A DNA stretch of 64,000 bases from Marinoscillum sp. GTDB lineage: Bacteria > Bacteroidota > Bacteroidia > Cytophagales > Cyclobacteriaceae. The DNA lies in the NCBI GenBank assembly GCA_024305105.1, contig JAMWZA010000004.1:7876-71875 (forward strand), written 5' to 3'. Position numbers and translations under genes: made by a program. Positions within the stretch are counted from its first letter, which is position 1. Each line of letters opens with the position of its first letter. Below are positions 9,766-24,441 of the stretch, in pieces. The notes beneath the pieces are model-generated. The model was not told where the DNA came from. It saw only the letters and a program-made list of their open reading frames with translations, and ran no database searches.

Positions 9766-10698
9766 ATGTCACACGTAAATAATCGAATCCAAATGGAACG
9801 ACGAAAATTACTTACTCAGGGTCTCCAATTATGTTGCTTTTTTGTCTTTACCGGACGCGCCTGGCAGCATATTGTTTGGGACGCGCCCTATAGAACCCTT
9901 TTATGGGATGAGTCGCTACTCTCCTCTATTGTGCCTTTGTTGACTGGCATGAACTGGAACGAATACGCCACTTCACCTGTAGTAGATCAAATTATCAACG
10001 GACTGATGATTTCGACAGGGATATGCTATCTCTTTATCGGACTGTTTGCTCTGGTAGCACACCAGCCATCAATGCGGAAATTTAGAAAGGTGCTACTATT
10101 TGGTAGTGCATTGTTGTTTGGTCTTGCACTTCTATATTTCAAGGAAAAGTTCTATCAGGTAGGACAACTTTTTGAATATTCGATTCAGTTCGGATCACCA
10201 TTGCTGCTTTATATGGCCTTACAATCCGAATTGAACCAAAAACGACTCCTATTTTTTATGAAAGTGGCCATTGCACTTACTTTTACTTGTCACGGCTTGT
10301 ATGCCTTGGGTTACTATCCACAGCCCGGGAATTTCGTTGCGATGACGATCAACATCCTTCCTGTAGGTGAAGGAACCGCAAGAGGTTTATTAAAAGCGTT
10401 TGGCTGGGCAGATATACTGTTAAGTGTACTGTTATTTATCCCAAAAGCAGCCAGATGGGCGCTCTTGTATGCGGCTATTTGGGGCTTAGCGACTGCTGTG
10501 GCAAGAATTTGGGCCAACGTTCAGTTGGATTTTTTATTCAGCTCGCTCAATCAGTGGTCCTTCGAAACCATCATGAGACTGCCACATGGCATACTACCCC
10601 TCCTCCTGATTAGCCCGCTGAGAGAACACTTCCACATACCTTTTATCCATTTATTTAGCGAATGGCGCGTCAACAAATATGCAGATCAAACCCATTAA
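9766..10698 (+). CDS. Multi-pass membrane protein of unknown function
   Basis: 310-aa ORF with about seven hydrophobic segments and an FTCHGLYA motif. It is the only plausible plus-strand gene. The start may be MERRK at 9793. Confidence 0.7.
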   Translation: MSHVNNRIQMERRKLLTQGLQLCCFFVFTGRAWQHIVWDAPYRTLLWDESLLSSIVPLLTGMNWNEYATSPVVDQIINGLMISTGICYLFIGLFALVAHQPSMRKFRKVLLFGSALLFGLALLYFKEKFYQVGQLFEYSIQFGSPLLLYMALQSELNQKRLLFFMKVAIALTFTCHGLYALGYYPQPGNFVAMTINILPVGEGTARGLLKAFGWADILLSVLLFIPKAARWALLYAAIWGLATAVARIWANVQLDFLFSSLNQWSFETIMRLPHGILPLLLISPLREHFHIPFIHLFSEWRVNKYADQTH

Positions 10699-10701
10699 CA
10701 A

Positions 10702-10738
10702 AAAACTCCCAAAGCTACCTTTCAGCTTTGGGAGTTTT
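10702..10738. terminator. Bidirectional intrinsic terminator between convergent genes
   Basis: aaaactcccaaagct / 7-nt loop / agctttgggagtttt: a 15-bp perfect stem with A/T tracts on both sides. Confidence 0.85.
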
Positions 10739-10768
10739 GCCTTAATCGGGTTAGAAACCTACAATCCA

Positions 10769-11782
10769 TTAATGTTGATCCGCATAATAACTTTTTACAT
10801 TGGAGAGAAACATCACATATTTTTGATCTGTCACCAATTCCAGCCAGGCCGAGTCATATAGTATCCCCCGATCAATTAATTGACTCAACTCACAAGTCAT
10901 GTAAGCTTCCTTCACCTCTCCGGTTAACTTCGAATCGATCACCTTCAACCTTTTGGCGATTTCTTCTGATCTGGATTTTTTATTGTTCGAATTTTCTTCC
11001 GAATTGAATTCGCTTTGAAAACTAATGTATTGATAAAGGAAACTCATATAATCTCGGTTACCAATCATGTCGTCGTTCTCGATTTTTAAGCCGTTATAGG
11101 GTGCACTGATCACCTCAGCAGTCGCATTACCTTCGAGATTAAGTGTCTTGATCCGGTAGAATACAGCATTCATCTTGTACCAGGCATTCAGATAATCCAT
11201 TCGGGTCTTCTCAAAATCCTTAAACCACCAAACCTGTTCTGGGCCATGGATATCAATGTATTCCTGATGAATTTGAGTGAGGCTATCGTTGAAAGCATAA
11301 ATGGCACTCAGGGCATTTTTTTGGTCTAGCATGAAGTTACTTCTTGCATTACGATCTGAATAATAAGAGTTAAAGTGGCCCGACTTCATTTCTAAAAAAT
11401 CATTCACTTCCTCAAGATTTCCCTGATAGCTGAAGACAAGTTGCTTATTAAGATTCCGGACAATAGTGACTGTATCTACTGAGCCAGGGTGCGCATACAG
11501 GTTAATGTCCTTTTCGTCTACAGACAGGTAATAATCATTTATTCCCTGGGATTTTCTAGATTCAACTCTTACTTCTCCAGGTGCCAAACGGCCCACATCG
11601 TAATTGGCCTTCTCCGGCCAAATAGCGTTATCACGAATTCTAAAATCCAGTGTGTCTTTGGTGTTATTGATCAGACACAGAGAACTCTTTCCTTCCAGGT
11701 CAAATGTCGGTTTTTGGGAATTGTCGCTACATGCAGAAAAGATGATGATACTGATTAACATTCCAATTTGAATAATACGCAT
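10769..11782 (-). CDS. Putative lipoprotein of unknown function
   Basis: Lipobox IIFSAC, a beta-rich N-terminal half and a helical C-terminal half. Loosely resembles the non-catalytic part of Bacteroidota TlpA-like lipoproteins but has no CxxC. Confidence 0.7.
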   Translation of the reverse strand: MRIIQIGMLISIIIFSACSDNSQKPTFDLEGKSSLCLINNTKDTLDFRIRDNAIWPEKANYDVGRLAPGEVRVESRKSQGINDYYLSVDEKDINLYAHPGSVDTVTIVRNLNKQLVFSYQGNLEEVNDFLEMKSGHFNSYYSDRNARSNFMLDQKNALSAIYAFNDSLTQIHQEYIDIHGPEQVWWFKDFEKTRMDYLNAWYKMNAVFYRIKTLNLEGNATAEVISAPYNGLKIENDDMIGNRDYMSFLYQYISFQSEFNSEENSNNKKSRSEEIAKRLKVIDSKLTGEVKEAYMTCELSQLIDRGILYDSAWLELVTDQKYVMFLSNVKSYYADQH

Positions 11783-11916
11783 AGGGGTTGTTTTAATGTG
11801 GTATGAAATTATCTCAATAAAAAATCTTTGATAAACCTAACATGAAACGATTAATATGGAATAAATAATGAATTAACCTCATTACTTGAAACGAAAAAAC
11901 GCTCGCAGTAAAACGA

Positions 11917-11954
11917 AAAAAGGACTCAAAACACATTCGTTTTAAGTCCTTTTT
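11917..11954 (-). terminator. Intrinsic terminator 13 nt downstream of a tRNA 3'-end-like sequence
   Basis: Stem aaaaaggact-c-aaaac / gtttt-a-agtccttttt. The c/a mismatch becomes a G-U pair on the minus strand and is followed by a U tract. Confidence 0.75.
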
Positions 11955-11967
11955 ATTCACTTTATAA

Positions 11968-12041
11968 GTAGTCCGTAGGGAACTATTCTTTACATTGATA
12001 TTCAGACAGTTACATGATTTATGTAAAACTTTTTGTAAAAC
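11968..12041 (-). mobile_element. Putative att site: tRNA(Glu)-like 3'-end duplicate with adjacent tandem repeats
   Basis: Minus strand reads TTCCCTACGGACTAC, resembling the recalled 3' end of Bacteroidota tRNA-Glu (...TTCCCCTACGGACTA). The rest of the tRNA is absent. tgtaaaac occurs at 12022 and 12034. Confidence 0.55.
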
Positions 12042-12281
12042 ATAAAATATGAATAGTTGGGACTAATTGTGACTTTCTACATCAACTAAAGGAGATCTAT
12101 TTTCTTTACATATATTCACTAAATTAGTTTTAAAACTTATCGACATTAGTAAGTCATCTAGATTTCCTTTGCCTAGCCCTTGTCTTCTAAACTCTATCAG
12201 GCTTCTAAGTCCCTTCCACCTAAAAAATGATGAAAAGAGTAAGGTCTCGTCATGGCTCTACAACGAAAATAGCCTTAATAG

Positions 12282-13691
12282 CTACTTTACAAATCGTGAT
12301 ACCGTGTCACCAAATTGGACAAGATATATACCCGGTGCGAGCGAACTAACGTCTGTCATGCGGCCACTATTCTTCAAAAGAAGCTTCCCTTGCATATCAA
12401 ATATCTGTATGGACGTATCATCATCTATACCTTTTATTCGAAGATAGTTGTTTACTGGATTAGGCACTATCTGAATTGATACATCATTAGTTCCATTTCT
12501 AATAGTTGTTTTTCTTGATGACGAATTGTTGTCTAGCTCAGATCCAGATAGAAGCACAGGATCAATCCATTTGTTTTCTGGAATAGCATCTGTTGAGCTA
12601 TGAGCACTATAGTAAGAACCCAGATCAGTGAGTGATCCGTTCTCCTTTAAATTACATCTCGCCTTTACGCTATCTACTTGAAAACACTCAAACCAGGCAT
12701 ACCTCTCTATGAAATTTTGAGATTCCAACCAAGGCAGGGCTTTTTCCATAAATCCCTTTTGTACATAAGTCCACCTCCAGGGATTGGCATTAAATTCTGT
12801 TACCCAGATTGGCAATCCATATTTGGCATGAATGGCCAAAAGGTCATTTTTAAATCGGTTAAAAATGTGATCAGGATCAGCCCCTCTTGTATTTTTCGGA
12901 TTACTATCCCAATCATACCAATGTACTGCGATATAATCCACTTTCACATCAAGATGATAAGCTTCAGATAGGAAAGGTTCAAGCCAAACACTATTTAGGT
13001 CATTATTTTGAGTAGTTACAGGCGATCCCAGTCTTAGCCCCGTAGGCAATAGTTTTTCGTATTCATCTGCAGCTGTCACGGGATTTTTCAATATGCCCCT
13101 ACTTCCGGCCTCATGGTCATTATCTGGCTCATTGAAACCAAGAAGATGACTCACTTTGTTTTTTAAATTATCAATTTTTGAGAAAACACCACTGCCCGTC
13201 CAGGTATGAACCATAGGTACAAACTCTATGGACGTAGAAGTATCACCAGTGGCTGTCCAGTTGTAATACCAGCTCGCATTCATATCCTGGGCATAGGACA
13301 CTCCACCACTAGTTTCTGTTTTTCCCACTCCCTTTTTTTGAGAAGTACTGATTGGTAGCACTCGGATAAATGATGCTTTATTATGAAGTATATCAGGTAA
13401 GTTTTCGTTGACATGCCCCACCTGGGATATATAGGTTTTACTGTATCCAGTTCCATCCTCATTTTCAGAGAAAACGACCTGATATCCAGAGAATATTTTG
13501 ATAGAGGAGATGCGGTTGTTTAAGTTGTTAGGGATTGCACTTCCGGTGTAAGTACCAACATCAAGCAGTGCATTATCAGAGTTCCACTGATTTTTGTAAT
13601 CATACACTCTCACGCCACTCTGTGCGTGCAAATGAGCCGCAACCAGTGATAAAACTAAAAGGAGTAAAGCATTTTTCATTATCATCATCAT
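12282..13691 (-). CDS. Beta/gamma-crystallin domain + GH128-like glycoside hydrolase + T9SS CTD
   Basis: Crystallin motif NNRISSIKI. GH128 motifs WYYNW, LLGFNEPD, DYIAVHWY, PIWVTEF, ERYAWF. C-terminal IVPNPVNN...YLVQ. Likely start MKNALL at 13679. Confidence 0.85.
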   Translation of the reverse strand: MMMIMKNALLLLVLSLVAAHLHAQSGVRVYDYKNQWNSDNALLDVGTYTGSAIPNNLNNRISSIKIFSGYQVVFSENEDGTGYSKTYISQVGHVNENLPDILHNKASFIRVLPISTSQKKGVGKTETSGGVSYAQDMNASWYYNWTATGDTSTSIEFVPMVHTWTGSGVFSKIDNLKNKVSHLLGFNEPDNDHEAGSRGILKNPVTAADEYEKLLPTGLRLGSPVTTQNNDLNSVWLEPFLSEAYHLDVKVDYIAVHWYDWDSNPKNTRGADPDHIFNRFKNDLLAIHAKYGLPIWVTEFNANPWRWTYVQKGFMEKALPWLESQNFIERYAWFECFQVDSVKARCNLKENGSLTDLGSYYSAHSSTDAIPENKWIDPVLLSGSELDNNSSSRKTTIRNGTNDVSIQIVPNPVNNYLRIKGIDDDTSIQIFDMQGKLLLKNSGRMTDVSSLAPGIYLVQFGDTVSRFVK

Positions 13692-13781
13692 TAAAATGAA
13701 TAGTCAAGCTCCTAAAACCAAAAGAAAGAACTGGGGTCATATCGGTCAATGATGGGTAGAAAATCATCATATCAATAAGTA

Positions 13782-14084
13782 GGGGCTGCTGAAAAAATCT
13801 CAGGAAGATCAAATACAAGGGGCGCCCCCGACAAAGTGACAATGCGGCCGGCCGGGTGCATAGTTATACTTTGAGCTGAAGCCAACAAAGTAGGTGGTCT
13901 TCCTAGCCGGATCGCATCTGAGGCTAACTCAAAATAATCAATCTATGATTATTTTGCTACACGGAAAAACGGCCTAATCTGCATAAAACACTTGCACCTT
14001 GCTGAAAAAGTATTGAATCAAAAACTCTGTTTTGAGGATCTGATCAATCAATTCAACTTAAAATAGTGGTTTGTCAGCAGCCTC
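13782..14084. mobile_element. Non-autonomous IS derivative (MITE), 303 bp
   Basis: Terminal inverted repeats ggggctgctgaaaaa (13782-13796) and tttgtcagcagcctc (14070-14084), 13/15 match. A flush direct repeat taagta lies at 13776-13781 and 14085-14090. No intact transposase. Confidence 0.75.
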
Positions 14085-14144
14085 TAAGTAAATATCCCTT
14101 TAGCGCTCAAAAAGTGAAAGTTGTTTGGACGTAAGCTTAACACC

Positions 14145-15638
14145 TCAGTGCTCTACCAATGACTCGACAAGTCCCAGGTATTTTTCCCAATATCGGAGCA
14201 ATTCTTCGTCTGATGCAGTGGTGTCCATACCCATCATTTCCATTCTGGAGATATAATTAGAAAGCATGACCCGATAGGCTTCCTCTATTCGGAGAGAGTC
14301 TTCGGGGTAGTTAGCCAAATCATAGTCCTTTAAATCTTGATCCAGTGTTTGCCTCATCTTTTCCAAACTAACTTCATTTTCATCATCGTCAGCAAGATTG
14401 TTGAGTTCATAAGGGTCATTTAAGAGATCGTATAATTCTTCTGCTGGCTTTTGTGCTGCCATGAACAATGCTTGTTCGTCAGAGAGTAGGCCTTGTTGAT
14501 TCATAACTCTCATGAGTGTCAATACTGGATAACTCGTCCTCTTGTAAGCATTAAACTGTGTATATGGAAGGTGAGGATAGTAATTTCGAATGTACTTGAA
14601 GCTGTCAGTACGTACAGCGCGCATCCGATCTGTAGTACCGTCCATTCGATCTCGCATGGTGAACACATGATCTCGCGAATTAGATAGAAAATTAATTCCC
14701 TGTATGTGATTAGGTACGTCTAATCCAGCCATAGTAAGACTTGTTGGTGCGATATCTACATTGCTCACCAGTTGGTTGGTAATCTGACCACTTCGCCGAC
14801 CATCCGGCCACCGAATCATAAGAGGTGTATTAGTACCTGGATCATATAAAAACTGCTTCGCCCGAAGATGTGGCCTACCCTGATCTCCAAAGAAGAAGAT
14901 AATTGAGTTTTCCAGTAATCCATCTTTTTCTAGTCGATCCATAATTTGACCAAATGCATGGTCGACCTCTTGAATGGTCTCCAGGTAAAGTGCCCAATCT
15001 TTTCTTGTAATCTTATGATCTGGATAATAAGGGGGAATTTCTACCCGTTTTGGATCAACAGGGTTTAAGGAATCCTTATGAAAGGGCCTATGCGGAGCAA
15101 ATAGTTGAATCTGAGCAAATACAGGCTGTCCCTCGACTGCATTTCGGTAATCAAAGTGATCAAACAGACTATCAAAATGCGTATCAAAATTGTAGTCCAT
15201 TTTACCATTACCTGTAAATTTGGCATTGGCATTACTTACATAATATCCTGCATCTTTGAAGTAAGAGGTAACCGATTGAATACCAGATGATAATGCCTCC
15301 TTTTGAAAAGTCCTGTGTTGATGGCTAGCAATACTGGTCGGATACATTCCTGTGATTAGGGAAGATCGACTAGGACTGCAAACTGGAGTTACTGTAAAAA
15401 AATTGGTGTATCGTTCAGCATTCCTGGCAAATGTATCCAGGTTGGGCGTTTGTACGGCTTTATTACCATAACATCCCAGATCTGTCCCAAGGTCATCAGA
15501 TACGATCCAGATGATATTTGGCGGGGAAACTTGATTGTTGACCTCCGTACAGGAAACAATAACCATTAGCACAACTATCGAGAAATATCTTATCATTGGA
15601 CAGGATCTAAATTCATTTTTTTTTAAAGACAACAGCAT
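14145..15638 (-). CDS. S1 sulfatase (sulfamidase-like), probable lipoprotein
   Basis: IIWIVSDDLG, CSPSRSSLITG, GKMDYNF, FFGDQG; lipobox IVSC. Likely start MIRYF at 15596. Confidence 0.92.
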   Translation of the reverse strand: MLLSLKKNEFRSCPMIRYFSIVVLMVIVSCTEVNNQVSPPNIIWIVSDDLGTDLGCYGNKAVQTPNLDTFARNAERYTNFFTVTPVCSPSRSSLITGMYPTSIASHQHRTFQKEALSSGIQSVTSYFKDAGYYVSNANAKFTGNGKMDYNFDTHFDSLFDHFDYRNAVEGQPVFAQIQLFAPHRPFHKDSLNPVDPKRVEIPPYYPDHKITRKDWALYLETIQEVDHAFGQIMDRLEKDGLLENSIIFFFGDQGRPHLRAKQFLYDPGTNTPLMIRWPDGRRSGQITNQLVSNVDIAPTSLTMAGLDVPNHIQGINFLSNSRDHVFTMRDRMDGTTDRMRAVRTDSFKYIRNYYPHLPYTQFNAYKRTSYPVLTLMRVMNQQGLLSDEQALFMAAQKPAEELYDLLNDPYELNNLADDDENEVSLEKMRQTLDQDLKDYDLANYPEDSLRIEEAYRVMLSNYISRMEMMGMDTTASDEELLRYWEKYLGLVESLVEH

Positions 15639-15684
15639 CCGCTTTAAAACCGGAACCGGCAGGCCTACCTGAATGGATTCATCA

Positions 15685-17090
15685 TTATTTCCAGGGATTA
15701 GGCCGTCTGGTTAGTGGAAACTCATCACTTTCTGTCCGGGCAGCCGAAACTATTTTTATTAAATCTACAAGAACCCCAGGGTTGTTTTTTGAAACCTCCT
15801 CTGTTTCTCCGGGGTCTTTCCGAAGATTATAGAGCTCATAATTGTTATTTTCCACCCAATGAATCAACTTCCAGTTACCCTTAACCACTGCCTGGATGGG
15901 GCCTTCACCTTCGTTGAACTCCCAATATAAATAATCATGTCTCTTTTGCTTGCCTAAACCTGAGAGTGTTGGATAAAAGGAAATTCCATCAGTAGCTGCT
16001 TCCATTGGAGCATCAGTGATATCGGCTAGTGTTGGCATTATATCCCAGAACGCTGTAATGTGCTCTGTAGAGCTTCCATGAGCTACCATTGCCGGCCAAT
16101 GAACGATAAAAGGAACACGAATCCCTCCTTCGTACAGGTCTCTCTTTCTACCTCTGAAGGGACCATTACTATTAAAGAACTCATTGGTTAGTTCATCATA
16201 CTCATGGCCATTGTCACTCGTGAAAATGATCACAGTGTTTTCTAATTCACCGCGCTGTTTCAGCAACTCAATGATCCTTCCAATATCATCATCCATCTTA
16301 GAGATCATCGATGCATAAGTGACATGGCCATTTGTGTCATGGTAGTAATGGCCTCTTTTCATTCTTCTCATGGGCCAACCCAGGCTATCATATTTTACCT
16401 TGTGTTCCGCTGGAAGGGTTAACTCAAAATGAGGAGTGGTATATGCCAGGTATAAGAAGTAAGGTGATTGCTGACTTGCCTCTATAAAGTTTAATGCCTT
16501 ATTGGTGAATAAACTTTGAACATGGTCTCCTGTTTTGTTTTTCGTATCATTTTGAGTCAATCTCAAAAGGGAATCATTTTCCCATATTTGTTCAGGATAG
16601 TAATGATGTGCTGGTAGATGCTTATTGAAACCATAGAAGTAATCAAATCCCTGGTGATTCGGCGTAGTTTTACCCATGTTTTCAGCCAAACCCCACTTAC
16701 CAATCATTCCTGTCTTGTAACCTGCGGATTTCATTAGTTTCCCCATGGTTTGTCTTTCAGAATCAAAATCCACTGGATGTCCACTCAAGGACCAACGCGG
16801 ATTACCCCGCACTGCTCCATGCCCGGTGTGTAGACCAGTGATCATACTAGCACGTGATGGGCCACATACCGTACTTCCCGCATACATGTGACTAAATACC
16901 ATTCCCCTGGCTGCCAATGAATCAATATTAGGAGTGATTATGCGTAGCTGACCATGGAACCCTACATCTCCCCAACCCAAATCATCTGCTACTATTAATA
17001 TAACGTTGGGTTGATCCTTGGATTTCACTGTCTGCTGACAGCTGCTCCAAACAGTACAAGCAGTCAGTATTAAGATATGATCAATGTATC

Positions 17091-17094
<4 letters not shown>
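15685..17094 (-). CDS. S1 arylsulfatase, probable lipoprotein
   Basis: ADDLGWGD, CGPSRASMITG, GKWGL, FTSDNG, YLYWEF; lipobox WSSC. Confidence 0.93.
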
Positions 17095-21682
<4,588 letters not shown>

Positions 21683-22093
21683 TCACTGCTACGTTGCCAT
21701 TAGGCATCACCTCTTCCATACAAAAGAGCAATTTCTGCGGCTAACATCGTGTGTCTAATTCGTTTTCCAGTGGGTTAAATCGTTCAAAAATCAATGATGG
21801 GTGTTTCTGACACGTCCTGGCAGCAACCATGAGGAATAAGGGTGCTTCATTTGAGAAATAAGTGCTCTGAAACCCATGGCTTGAAACCATCCAGACGTAG
21901 TTGCTTAACCTCGTAGTACGAGCGTACAACCGGGTGGCGCTCCACTTCACTTTGAAGTTTCCTATGTGCTGCAACTGAGACTTTCTCAGGCAGACCCTAA
22001 TTCTTGAATTTTTGTTGATGCTTGCTTAGACAATTGACTCGCAGCCAGTAATCTAACATAGTCTTTCCCAATCATTCTGAATCTCCTTCCCCA

Positions 22094-23452
22094 TCAATCC
22101 TGACCCTTTTTATGATACTCATCACGTTGCTCCAATCCGAGAAACAGAGGAGCCAAATGGCTCTTTCTCCAATCCTGATAGGTCTGTAGCATCTCCTGAA
22201 GAGTGACAGGTTGGTCCACTGGGGTTTGTTCACTTAGATCGTTCTGTAGATTAAACAGCGCATTTACCGAAGATTCTTCATTGACCAGCTTCAGATTACC
22301 AGTGCGTACCCCATAGCTGTCTTTATCAACATTGACCCACATCAAACTGGGGTGTGGAGTGCCAGAATTTTGACCATTGATATACGGAATCAGGTCAACC
22401 CCGTCCAGGGTGTCTTGCGGGATTACACCGGCATAAGTACAAGCTATCGCAAACAGGTCCATAGAACTGACAGGCTGGTCGTATTGACCGGGGGTGATCA
22501 TTTCCGGCCACATCATGGCGAATGGAACACGTACCCCACCTTCAAACATACTGCCTTTTCCTTCACGAAGTTGCCCGTTATCCGACCCATTCGCATACTC
22601 AGGACCTCCATTATCTGATAGAAATGCAACGATGGTATTGTCGAGAATCCCATTGGTCTTCAGTGACTCAAGTACGATACCAATACCATCATCCATAGCA
22701 CTGACCATAGCGGCATAGGTTCTTCGTTTTTCATCTTGGATATGGTCAAATCGGCTCAGATACTTCTCTGTGGCCTGCAGTGGGGCATGAGGAGCATTAT
22801 AAGAGAGATAAAGGAAGAAAGGATTTTCCTGATTCTGTTCTATAAAACCAACGGCTTCACGACTCAGTGCGTCAGTCAAATATTCAGTTTCCTCAACTGG
22901 CTTATTATTGCGCAAAAGTTTAGTCCGGTACCAATCCCAGTCCCTGGTGACTTCTGAAAGGTCGTTGTAAATATATTCTTCAGGAAAATAGCGATGGCCA
23001 CCTGATAGAAAGCCATAAAAGTAATCAAAACCCCTGCGGTCTGGTTTTAGTGTCTCATGTGCGCCCAAGTGCCATTTGCCGATAATCGCATTGGTGTAGC
23101 CTGCTGTCTTGAGCTCGGTGGCTAGTGTTCGTTCTGAAAGGGGTAAACCCATATTAGGGTCATTTGGAGCAATAATTGGATTACGGGCAAATCCGAAGCG
23201 ATTTTGGTATCTACCAGTGATCAATCCTGCTCTACTTGGACCACAGACCGGGTAGGTCACATATCCATTTGTAAACACTACCCCTTGGTTGGCAATCCGG
23301 TCAATATTAGGTGTTGGGATATCCTTACATCCGGTAAAACCCACATCGGCATACCCAAGATCGTCAGCCAGGATGATGATTACGTTGGGCTTTTGCTGGG
23401 ATACTGCTGCTCCACACAGGAAAAAACCAAAAACTATCAAAAGAATTTTCAT
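22094..23452 (-). CDS. S1 sulfatase, apparent paralogue of 17091-18476
   Basis: ADDLGYAD, CGPSRAGLITG, GKWHLG, YNAPHAP, LSDNGG. Shares RRTYAAMV and LRxxKG...EGGVRVPF with 17091-18476. Confidence 0.93.
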   Translation of the reverse strand: MKILLIVFGFFLCGAAVSQQKPNVIIILADDLGYADVGFTGCKDIPTPNIDRIANQGVVFTNGYVTYPVCGPSRAGLITGRYQNRFGFARNPIIAPNDPNMGLPLSERTLATELKTAGYTNAIIGKWHLGAHETLKPDRRGFDYFYGFLSGGHRYFPEEYIYNDLSEVTRDWDWYRTKLLRNNKPVEETEYLTDALSREAVGFIEQNQENPFFLYLSYNAPHAPLQATEKYLSRFDHIQDEKRRTYAAMVSAMDDGIGIVLESLKTNGILDNTIVAFLSDNGGPEYANGSDNGQLREGKGSMFEGGVRVPFAMMWPEMITPGQYDQPVSSMDLFAIACTYAGVIPQDTLDGVDLIPYINGQNSGTPHPSLMWVNVDKDSYGVRTGNLKLVNEESSVNALFNLQNDLSEQTPVDQPVTLQEMLQTYQDWRKSHLAPLFLGLEQRDEYHKKGQD

Positions 23453-23727
23453 TGTCGTAAATTTTTAATGACTCCCACCTATTTGAAATATAATTGCTCA
23501 TGTACTGAACGAATTCTTGTGCATTCATTCTTAGTTAATACTTCCAATGCAAAACTAGGACGTCAATAAAAATGGATGGGGTTTTATTGATCAGGTGATG
23601 GGTTAAATCGACCAGTATGGGCTACCCTATCATTAGTATACCAATGTTGGAGCCAGAATGCCATGAATTTGATGACCGAAAGGCTCTTCCATCCATTATC
23701 ACTAATTATACAAAGTTCTGGACTTTA

Positions 23728-24441
23728 TTATTTCATATGCTCAATTAAATGGATGGCAGTATCTGCATAGCGCCTCCCCATAATTACATATCCTTCTGCC
23801 GACATATGTAAATCATTTTTTATTGATCTACCTTCTCTATTTATTCCATCGTTAAGGTCATCAGTATTTACCCAATTAAAGCGAGGGTTTGATTCGGCTA
23901 CTTTTACCTGAATATCGCTAATCATTGTCCAATGAGGGTATTTTTCATTTAGCATATCAAAATCACTTAACCTACCTATGACAAAGTTTAAGTCTTTTCG
24001 TCCCAAGTCATGGCTAAGCTGCCTATAAAGTCCAATCAAACTTTCTTCGTAAACTTCGCCTTGCTTTTCTCTCGCATCACGTTCGCCCTGCATCCAAATG
24101 AATGTTACAGTGCCAATTCTTCTATTCTCTATAGCTGTGTAAACTTTGGTCATTAAGCTGTCATACAAATCTGGCTGTGCTTTAGGTTCATCTCCCTCAA
24201 ATGGTTCCCAATTCTTATACCAACGCCTTATGGGCTGCGCCCCTAAGGCATCTTTAATAACAATCACATTTTCTTCTCCAAATTTCTCTTTGATTATAGG
24301 AATAAAAGACTCTTCAGGTCTCAATCCTACCATATTAGATTGTCCTGAAAGAATAAATAAATGTATTCCTACTTGCCTGGATACGCAGGATGAGATTAAA
24401 ATGACTATTAGACTCACTAGCACAATTGTCTTTGCTTTCAT
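23728..24441 (-). CDS. SGNH esterase, sialate O-acetylesterase/CE6-like, probable lipoprotein
   Basis: FILSGQSNMVG (catalytic Ser), FIWMQGERDA, DLH (Asp/His); lipobox ISSC. Confidence 0.85.
   Translation of the reverse strand: MKAKTIVLVSLIVILISSCVSRQVGIHLFILSGQSNMVGLRPEESFIPIIKEKFGEENVIVIKDALGAQPIRRWYKNWEPFEGDEPKAQPDLYDSLMTKVYTAIENRRIGTVTFIWMQGERDAREKQGEVYEESLIGLYRQLSHDLGRKDLNFVIGRLSDFDMLNEKYPHWTMISDIQVKVAESNPRFNWVNTDDLNDGINREGRSIKNDLHMSAEGYVIMGRRYADTAIHLIEHMK

Noticed and set aside
23453-23727. 12-bp matches between spacers (tgggttaaatcg here and near 21770; tcaatgatgggt near 13747 and 21790)
   Set aside because: Too short and isolated to distinguish from chance without statistics.
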